A stretch of 64,000 bases of DNA from an uncultured Leptospira sp. (GTDB taxonomy: Bacteria; Spirochaetota; UBA4802; UB4802), in the NCBI GenBank assembly GCA_964509195.1, contig CAZDWJ010000008.1:61190-125189 (forward strand), in the 5' to 3' direction. A program made the translations under genes and the position numbers. Every line of letters starts with the position of its first letter. The stretch's first letter is position 1. The notes beneath the pieces were generated by a model. The model saw only the letters and a program-made list of their open reading frames with translations, did not search any database and had not been told where the DNA came from. Below are positions 57,657 to 64,000 of the stretch, piece by piece.

Positions 57657-57673
57657 GGCGATAGTTACTGCAT
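57656..57673 (+). repeat. Copy of the dispersed motif GGGCGATAGTTACTGCAT
   Basis: An identical 18-mer that begins on the last base of the stop codon of the patatin-like gene. Confidence 0.7.
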
Positions 57674-57820
57674 GAGGGATGCGAAGGGTAAAAAAATCAC
57701 ATTAACAATTAAAAAAATTAGTTGATTAAAAAAATACATAACACTGTAATTTTTTCTTTACAAACAGTCAGTAAAATGATATACTCAAATTTGTTACTAT
57801 AATTTGAATAGGGGTGGAGT

Positions 57821-59518
57821 ATGATTCTTTTAAATCCAAAAAAGTACAATGTACAATTTTCTGACAAAGAGTCAGAAGATATTATGAAAAAAACCATTAA
57901 TTTTTTTGAGACCAAAGGCTTAAAAAAGATACTGGATGATGACCACAACTGTGTGTGGTATGATGACTTTTTACAGTTTCAGAAAGACAATCAGATTTTT
58001 GCAAAGCTGTTCACGCCAAAAGGGTATGGTGATGGTGATAGTCGATGGGACACCTACCGCATAGTCAACTTTGCTGAGATTTTGGGTTTTTATGGCCTGT
58101 GCTACTGGTATACATTTCAGGTTTCGCAGCTTGGGCTTGGGCCAATCTGGATTGGTAAAAACGAAGAGGTAAAGCAGAAAGCTGCTAAGCTTTTAAAAGA
58201 AGGTGCTATCTTTGCGTTTGGTTTGTCAGAAAAAGAACATGGTGCTGACATCTACTCAAGTGATATGATGCTGTATCCTAACGGCGATGGTACCTATAGA
58301 GCTAATGGCGATAAATACTACATTGGCAATGGTAACAAAGCTGCTATGGTTTCCACATTTGGTAAGTTTGCTGATACAGGTGATTATGTATTTTTTGTAG
58401 TGGATTCGCAGCATCCAAAGTATGAGTGCATAAAAAATGTTATTCATAACCAGTCATATGTTGCTGAGTATGCATTGCACGATTATCCTATAACTGAAGC
58501 TGATATCCTTGATAAAGGCAGGGATGCGTGGGATGCTTCGCTCAATACCATTAATATATGTAAATTTAATTTAGGATGGGGTTCCATTGGTATTGCAACA
58601 CACTGTTTTTATGAAGCATTGAACCACGCTGCACACCGCAACCTTTATGGCAAATATGTGACTGAATTTCCACACATCAAACAGTTCTTTGTTGATTCGT
58701 ACACACGGCTTGTGGCAATGAAGTTGTTTGCACTGCGCGCTACTGACTATATGCGAAGCGCCAATGAAAATGACAAACGGTATTTGCTGTACAATCCTAT
58801 GGTTAAAATGAAAGTGACCACACAGGGCGAAGAGGTTATTAACCTGCTGTGGGATATCATTGCTGCTAAAGGCTTTGAAAAGGATACCTACTTCCACATG
58901 GCTGCACGTGATATCAGGGCATTGCCAAAACTGGAAGGCACTGTGCACGTTAACATGGCACTCATTATTAAATTTATGTTTAACTACTTCTTTAATCCAA
59001 AAGAATTCCCCGAAGTACCCCAGCGGCTTGATGCAGCTAATGATGATTTTCTTTTTAATCAGGGGCCAACAAAAGGATTGGGCAAGATTCAATTCCACGA
59101 TTATAACATTGCGTATAATAGCGTGAGCCTGCCCAACGTTGAGATTTTCAAAAAGCAGATTAATGCATTCAAGGATTTCATGATGGGTGCAACCCCTGAC
59201 CAGAAACAGGCTGAAGACATTGACTTTTTACTATCAATTGGTGAACTTTTTACACTGGTTGCGTATGGTCAGCTTATCCTTGAGAACAAGAAGATTTACA
59301 ATGTGGAAGATGATTTGATTGATCAGATCTTTGATTTTATGATCAGAGATTTTTCAAAATTTGCTTTACAGATTTATTCCAAGACTAGCAGTACCGCAAA
59401 GCAGCAGGAGCTGTGTTTAAAGATGATACAGAAGCCTGTGGTTGATCATGACAGGTATAACCGTGTGCTTGAAAAGTATGTGTATTCACAGGTTGATGCG
59501 TATCAGATGAATGAGTAG
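57821..59518 (+). CDS. Acyl-CoA dehydrogenase family protein (long form)
   Basis: FGLSEKEHGADI (ACAD middle-domain motif), YRANGDKYYIGNG (KxWItN-like FAD/substrate motif) and a C-terminal helical domain. 565 aa. GGGGTGGAG RBS. Confidence 0.7.
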   Translation: MILLNPKKYNVQFSDKESEDIMKKTINFFETKGLKKILDDDHNCVWYDDFLQFQKDNQIFAKLFTPKGYGDGDSRWDTYRIVNFAEILGFYGLCYWYTFQVSQLGLGPIWIGKNEEVKQKAAKLLKEGAIFAFGLSEKEHGADIYSSDMMLYPNGDGTYRANGDKYYIGNGNKAAMVSTFGKFADTGDYVFFVVDSQHPKYECIKNVIHNQSYVAEYALHDYPITEADILDKGRDAWDASLNTINICKFNLGWGSIGIATHCFYEALNHAAHRNLYGKYVTEFPHIKQFFVDSYTRLVAMKLFALRATDYMRSANENDKRYLLYNPMVKMKVTTQGEEVINLLWDIIAAKGFEKDTYFHMAARDIRALPKLEGTVHVNMALIIKFMFNYFFNPKEFPEVPQRLDAANDDFLFNQGPTKGLGKIQFHDYNIAYNSVSLPNVEIFKKQINAFKDFMMGATPDQKQAEDIDFLLSIGELFTLVAYGQLILENKKIYNVEDDLIDQIFDFMIRDFSKFALQIYSKTSSTAKQQELCLKMIQKPVVDHDRYNRVLEKYVYSQVDAYQMNE

Positions 59519-59546
59519 TGAAAACATCGCGGGGATGTGCGGATAG

Positions 59547-60044
59547 TTATGTATTATCTGCATCCCCGTTTTTGTATCCTATTGCTTCCAGATCAGCTAA
59601 ATCCTGATATCTTCCTAATGCCTTTTTATTTTTAATAAACTGTTCCTTCCCAATAAAGAGAACTTGTACATCTCCATAATTTCCTAATAGTGCATTATTA
59701 TAAACTTCATCCCAGCTGACACCGGTTAGAGAGGTGATTAAATCAATTCTTAAAGGTGGGTAGCCCAATTGTATCACTGTATCAGGCTCCATGATATCTT
59801 TTTTTGTTATATTAAAGGAGGAAAAGCCAAAATCTTGCAACGCTTTGACAATTTTTTCTGCATTGCCTTCATCGCAACCTATAAATATATCAAGATCGCC
59901 TGTATATCTGGGATTTCCATGAAATGCCAGAGCATACGCTCCAACTATAACATACTGTGCATTATGATCGTTTAATAATTGTAACAACTCTTTGTAATCT
60001 TGATGTATTTCCATAGATTTGCCTGCGTAATATTTCAACAGCAC
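59547..60044 (-). CDS. Minimal nucleotidyltransferase-fold protein (DUF2204-like)
   Basis: VIVGAYALAFHGNPRYTGDLDIFIG matches the NTase hG[GS]...[DE]hD motif. 165 aa (155 aa if it starts at the internal ATG at 60014). Confidence 0.5.
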   Translation of the reverse strand: MLLKYYAGKSMEIHQDYKELLQLLNDHNAQYVIVGAYALAFHGNPRYTGDLDIFIGCDEGNAEKIVKALQDFGFSSFNITKKDIMEPDTVIQLGYPPLRIDLITSLTGVSWDEVYNNALLGNYGDVQVLFIGKEQFIKNKKALGRYQDLADLEAIGYKNGDADNT

Positions 60045-60150
60045 TTATTCGTTCTTCAGGAGTTTTTGTAATCCACCACTTATAATTGTCAGTGGGGGAA
60101 CAATCTTTTATATTTTTCTTTACAGCATGAGTTTTTTTTAAGTGTTCCAT
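59962..60150 (-). CDS. Small ORF overlapping the 5' end of the nucleotidyltransferase gene
   Basis: 62 codons (MEHLKKTHAVKKNIKDCSPTDNYKWWITKTPEERISAVEILRRQ...). It overlaps the NTase ORF by 53-83 nt in another frame. It may be a genuine upstream partner or spurious. Confidence 0.25.
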   Translation of the reverse strand: MEHLKKTHAVKKNIKDCSPTDNYKWWITKTPEERISAVEILRRQIYGNTSRLQRVVTIIKRS

Positions 60151-60359
60151 ATTTGCATACTTATAGTATTAAATATTAAGATTAAAAATATACATTAATG
60201 GACTTTAAGTCAATAAGAATTTATATAGTCCATGTAAGGATTTTACCCTATTAACCAGTGACTGTTCACTGATAACGTAATAATGAATTTGCACTTGACA
60301 CGGTAGTATCATTATACCATTTATCATAACCATTACGCAAAAGAAAGAGGAAACAGACT

Positions 60360-62090
60360 ATGAGAATGTCACGCTATCTTATTCCAACGCTCAAAGAAGA
60401 TCCTGCAGATGCAGTGATAACCAGCCACAAGCTTATGATACGTGCAGGGCTTATCCGGAAAGAATCAGCTGGTATGTATATCTATCTGCCATCAGGATTG
60501 CGTGTTTTGCAAAAGATTATTAATATAGTGCGCGAAGAAATGAATAAAGCTGGTGCGTTAGAGTTCTTAATGCCGGAGCTTACCAATGCAGATCTTTGGA
60601 AAGAGTCGGGGCGCTGGCATACCATGGGCCCTGAAATGATACGCATAAAGGACCGCAATGGACTTGAATATGCCCTGGCACCAACGCATGAAGAAGCATT
60701 CACCAATGCAATCCGCATGATTGTAACCTCTTACAGGGATTTACCTGTCAATGCATATCAAATCAACACTAAATTTCGTGATGAGATTCGCCCGCGATTT
60801 GGTGTTATGCGCAGCAAAGAATTCATAATGAAGGATGCGTATTCGTTTGATATAGATGAAGCCGGACTTGAGCGCTCATACCAGATAATGCGGCAGACGT
60901 ACCGAAATATCTTCAAACGGTGCGGATTGGAGACAATTCCGGTAGAAGCTGATACTGGTTCAATGGGGGGAAGCGATTCGGAAGAATTCATGGTGGCATC
61001 TGAGGTTGGGGAAGAGATTTTGCTTTTGTGTGATGCATGTGGCTATAAGTCCAATCAGGAACGGGCCACCTGTCAGTATGAACTATCGCCCAATAAAGAA
61101 AATGCCGAAGCACTTGAAATAGTAGATACCCCTGATGTGCGCACAATTGATGAGCTGGTGCAATTTTTTGGATGCAGTGCACATGCATTTTTAAAAAGCC
61201 TTATTTACGTTGCCGACGGTATGCCGGTGATGGCTGTGGTGCCAGGTGATCGCGAAATAAACGAGGTGAAACTAAAAAATGCGTTGGGTGCAGTTGAATT
61301 AGAGCTTGCTCCTGACACGGTTGTGGAAGAGGTGACAGGAGCGCCTGTTGGTTTTGCGGGGCCAATTTTAGCAAAAGGTAAACAGGTGCGCATCATCTTT
61401 GATACTCAGGTAAAATATATTGGCAACGGCATTACAGGAGCTAATGAAAAAGACAAACATTATAAAGGAGTCAATCCCGGAAGAGATTTTGCCATTACGC
61501 AAGAGGCTGACATTACTCTGGTGGTTGCCGGGGATAAATGTCCACACTGCGGCTATCCTCTCAAAGAAAAAAAGGGGATTGAGGTGGGGCACATTTTTAA
61601 GTTAGGCTATAAGTACACAAAGTCAATGAATGTAACAGTGCTTGACCAGAATGGAAAGGCTATTACCCCCATTATGGGCTGTTATGGGATTGGCGTTAAC
61701 CGCACTATGGCAGCGGTAATTGAGCAGCATCATGATGAGCGAGGGATTATCTGGCCAATGAGCGTTGCACCATTTCACGTGCATCTGGTGAGTCTGGCTA
61801 AAAATGAAGCTGAAGAACAATTAGCTGACCAGGTGTATATGCTGCTTTCAACGCACGGGATAGAGATTCTCTATGATGATCGCAAAGCAAGCCCCGGCTT
61901 TAAGTTTGGCGATGCTGATCTTATTGGCATACCAGTACGCCTCACATTGGGGAAAGCATTTTTTGGCGATAGTTCCTCAATTGAGGTCAAACTGCGCAAC
62001 AAAGATGAAAAACAAATCGTTGCTAAAGACGATATTGTGTCGTATTGCAAAAAGCTAATTGCCGACCAATTATCCACCCTGAATTCATAG
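60360..62090 (+). CDS. proS: Proline--tRNA ligase (bacterial type with INS editing domain)
   Basis: MRMSRYLIPTLKEDPADAVITSHKLMIRAGLIRK is the canonical ProS N-terminus. 576 aa. AAGAGGAAA RBS. Confidence 0.9.
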   Translation: MRMSRYLIPTLKEDPADAVITSHKLMIRAGLIRKESAGMYIYLPSGLRVLQKIINIVREEMNKAGALEFLMPELTNADLWKESGRWHTMGPEMIRIKDRNGLEYALAPTHEEAFTNAIRMIVTSYRDLPVNAYQINTKFRDEIRPRFGVMRSKEFIMKDAYSFDIDEAGLERSYQIMRQTYRNIFKRCGLETIPVEADTGSMGGSDSEEFMVASEVGEEILLLCDACGYKSNQERATCQYELSPNKENAEALEIVDTPDVRTIDELVQFFGCSAHAFLKSLIYVADGMPVMAVVPGDREINEVKLKNALGAVELELAPDTVVEEVTGAPVGFAGPILAKGKQVRIIFDTQVKYIGNGITGANEKDKHYKGVNPGRDFAITQEADITLVVAGDKCPHCGYPLKEKKGIEVGHIFKLGYKYTKSMNVTVLDQNGKAITPIMGCYGIGVNRTMAAVIEQHHDERGIIWPMSVAPFHVHLVSLAKNEAEEQLADQVYMLLSTHGIEILYDDRKASPGFKFGDADLIGIPVRLTLGKAFFGDSSSIEVKLRNKDEKQIVAKDDIVSYCKKLIADQLSTLNS

Positions 62091-62122
62091 ATTTTTCTTG
62101 CTGATGCGATATACTTTTTAGT

Positions 62123-62272
62123 ATGGAAGAAATAGTTACAATAGTTATACTGGTTATCGCATCACTGGTGTATATCATTCACTATGTGAAAGTAACTTTG
62201 CAAAAACCACAGCAATGTGTATGTGAGAAATGTCCTGTAGAGTGCAAAGAAAGAAAAGAGCGCCACTAAAGG
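62123..62272 (+). CDS. Possible small Cys-rich membrane protein (FeoB-associated Cys-rich type architecture)
   Basis: 49 codons, MEEIVTIVILVIASLVYIIHYVKVTLQKPQQCVCEKCPVECKERKERH: one TM helix plus a C-x-C...C-x2-C tail. The 3' end overlaps the ssb terminator hairpin. Confidence 0.3.
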
Positions 62273-62277
62273 CGCTC
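62245..62277 (-). terminator. Terminator downstream of ssb
   Basis: GAGCGCC-ACTAAA-GGCGCTC stem, followed on the minus strand by UUUUCUUUCUUUG. Confidence 0.5.
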
Positions 62278-62303
62278 ATGAGCTATGGAAGAGTTATTGC
62301 TTA

Positions 62304-62657
62304 TCAGGAATTAAGTACTACTTCTTCAGCATTTTTACTGTTTAGTGATTCAATGAATTTTACCTGATTAGATACAAGTTTAATTTTAGAACGAGATTTA
62401 CCTGTATCATCCTGCCATCTGTCCTGCTTTAAGCGTCCTGTTGCCTGAATCATCCGTCCTTTTTTGATATTTTCTGCACACAGATCAGCAAGTTTTTCCC
62501 ATGTTTCAATATCAATATACGAAACATGAGGTTTTGCTTCACCTTTAATTGGATGGTCCATGGCAATGGCAAACACACATACAGATTTGCCAGTTTTTGT
62601 TTTTCGTAAAATAGGATCGTGAGTAACTCTTCCTTCCAGATCGATTGGTTTTGACAT
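62304..62657 (-). CDS. ssb: Single-stranded DNA-binding protein (short form)
   Basis: OB-fold SSB pattern (IDLEGRVTHDPILRKTKTGKSVCVFAIAMDH...ETWEKLADLCAENIKKGRMIQATGRLKQDRWQDDTGKSRSKIKLVSNQVKF). Confidence 0.7.
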   Translation of the reverse strand: MSKPIDLEGRVTHDPILRKTKTGKSVCVFAIAMDHPIKGEAKPHVSYIDIETWEKLADLCAENIKKGRMIQATGRLKQDRWQDDTGKSRSKIKLVSNQVKFIESLNSKNAEEVVLNS

Positions 62658-62814
62658 AGTATCACCTCATGTAATAAAAATATTTTGATACAACGTTTCA
62701 CTATATAAAACGCTTGATGTTAGAAAAATTAATAGTGAGGTGAAAATTTTTGGATTTTTTTTAAAAAATTTTTAAAAATGAGGTGTAAAACGTACTTCAG
62801 CTAAAAAAATATTT

Positions 62815-62823
62815 TGCTATAAT
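62815..62823 (+). promoter_or_regulatory. Extended -10 element (TGCTATAAT) upstream of the M18 aminopeptidase gene
   Basis: TGnTATAAT consensus about 85 nt upstream of the ATG. The -35 element is weak. Confidence 0.3.
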
Positions 62824-62905
62824 TACCCTTATACGCAAGTGTGATACATTGTAATATACGCTATGCTAAGTATAGTACCGATTATCACGTAAAAAGGGGA
62901 ATAAT

Positions 62906-64000
62906 ATGGCAGAGGAAAAAAAATCACCCAATCAGGAATTGCAGGAAAAGTTAAGTGTAAAAAAAGAAAGTGCATGGATAAAAATAAAAGACAAAATCGA
63001 AGCAATATACAGCTTTTCTGAAGAGTATAAATCATTTATGGGCAAAAATAAGACCGAACGGCTGTGCATTCGCACCATGATTGAGATGCTTGAAAAGGCA
63101 GGTTTTTCATCAATTACTACACAGCATGAGTTGAAACAGGGCACTGCAGTGTATAAAAATATTAAAGGCAAAAGCCTCATTGTCTGTAAAGTAGGCTCTG
63201 ACCCCATGAAATTGCGCATAATCGGCGCTCATGTAGATTCCCCAAGGCTTGATTTAAAACCTTATCCGCTTTATGAAGATGCAGAGGTAGCGCTGTTAAA
63301 ATCACATTACTATGGCGGGATAAAGAAATATCAGTGGGTAAATATACCGTTAGCTATTCATGGAGTGGCTTTTACAAAAGAAGGGAAGACAGTTGAAATA
63401 CATATTGGCGAAAATTCCGATGAACCGCGGTTTATCATTCCAGATTTATTGCCTCATTTAGCCAAAGACCAGATGAAAAAGACCGGTGAGAATATAATTG
63501 AGGGAGAAGAGCTCAATATTCTTTTTGCCCACATTCCTGTTGATGATAAAGATATAAAAGAAAAGATAAAATTTAATGTATTAAAATATCTCAATTCTAC
63601 GTATGGACTTGTAGAGGAGGATTTCATAGCTGCTGATATTGAACTAGTGCCTGCATACCAGCCGGTAGATATCGGAATTGACCGTGGCCTCATTGCTGCG
63701 TATGGACAGGACGACAGGGCATGTGCGTATACAGCATTCAGAGCATTGCTTGACACTAGTGATTGCAAAGAGACAGTTATATTGTATTTAGCTGACCGAG
63801 AAGAGATTGGCTCTATGGGCGATACAGGTGCTGAAAGTTTTGTATTTGTAAACTTTATGCGTGAGTACATACGTAAAACAGGAATCATAGCAACATGGGA
63901 TGAGCTTTTAGAAAATGCAGTTTCAATTTCTGCTGATGTAACAGGTGCTCTTGATCCCACATTTAAAAGTGTTAATGATCCAAATAATGTGTCGTATCTT
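62906..64000 (+). CDS. M18-family aminopeptidase (aspartyl aminopeptidase-like), 3'-truncated by window end
   Basis: Open for 365 codons from the ATG at 62906 (GGGGAATAAT RBS) to the window edge. The sequence includes HVDSPRLDLKP and EEIGSMG, which are M18/M42 zinc-ligand regions. Confidence 0.75.
   Translation, partial: MAEEKKSPNQELQEKLSVKKESAWIKIKDKIEAIYSFSEEYKSFMGKNKTERLCIRTMIEMLEKAGFSSITTQHELKQGTAVYKNIKGKSLIVCKVGSDPMKLRIIGAHVDSPRLDLKPYPLYEDAEVALLKSHYYGGIKKYQWVNIPLAIHGVAFTKEGKTVEIHIGENSDEPRFIIPDLLPHLAKDQMKKTGENIIEGEELNILFAHIPVDDKDIKEKIKFNVLKYLNSTYGLVEEDFIAADIELVPAYQPVDIGIDRGLIAAYGQDDRACAYTAFRALLDTSDCKETVILYLADREEIGSMGDTGAESFVFVNFMREYIRKTGIIATWDELLENAVSISADVTGALDPTFKSVNDPNNVSYL

Noticed and set aside
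60151-60359. Searched for T-box leaders upstream of proS (and glyS at 2773-2810)
   Set aside because: No T-box consensus (AGGGUGGNACCGCG) or specifier-hairpin architecture. The glyS leader is only 38 nt long.
1-64000. CRISPR arrays, tRNA or rRNA genes, transposases or integrases
   Set aside because: No direct-repeat and spacer arrays, no tRNA-like cloverleaf signatures (GTTCGAATC-type T-arms) and no transposase- or integrase-like ORFs were detected.

Overview
Chromosomal window of about 39% GC from a Gram-negative bacterium (AsmA-like protein, lipoproteins, a predicted beta-barrel OMP and a 7TMR-DISM chemoreceptor are present). No rRNA, tRNA, CRISPR array, IS element or integrase was found. 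Most of the window is ordinary core or metabolic coding DNA: queE plus a second radical-SAM gene, a bactofilin with a LysM/M23 peptidase, glyS (no adjacent glyQ), a C69 dipeptidase, a cation/proton antiporter, a chemoreceptor, a GT1/acetyltransferase pair, a TPP-enzyme/Zn-ADH operon, SCP2, thiolase, archaeal-type leuCD, glgX, a mannonate/uronate catabolic cluster (uxuA, a FadR/GntR regulator, a GH38-like secreted hydrolase, an RraA-like aldolase, an SDR, an Nramp-like transporter, kdgK), a rearranged pst/pho locus (pstCA, inverted pstB-phoU-phoBR, two tandem pstS paralogues), an ACAD, proS, ssb and a partial M18 aminopeptidase. The signals most worth a second look are these. (1) A strongly over-represented 10-14-mer, GGCGATAGTT(ACTG), occurs in both orientations in coding and intergenic DNA, including an 18-bp identical pair and an inverted pair. 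It is a candidate DNA-uptake-sequence-like or other genome-wide signal. (2) An AT-rich, compositionally foreign islet after pstS2 carries an acidic orphan ORF followed by a patatin-like phospholipase, and a minimal nucleotidyltransferase with an overlapping small ORF lies nearby. (3) Decayed genes mark rearrangement junctions: a BrnA-like antitoxin with two frameshifts plus a toxin remnant between pstA and phoR, a multi-frameshifted alanine-racemase-fold PLP enzyme gene upstream of pstC, and a 40-aa Zn-ADH C-terminal relic. (4) A hairpin with a T8 tract sits in the uxuA leader, and the Nramp-fold transporter lacks the DPGN metal-binding motif. Coordinates of CDSs follow the supplied ORF track except where a better start codon with an RBS was evident; such cases are stated.
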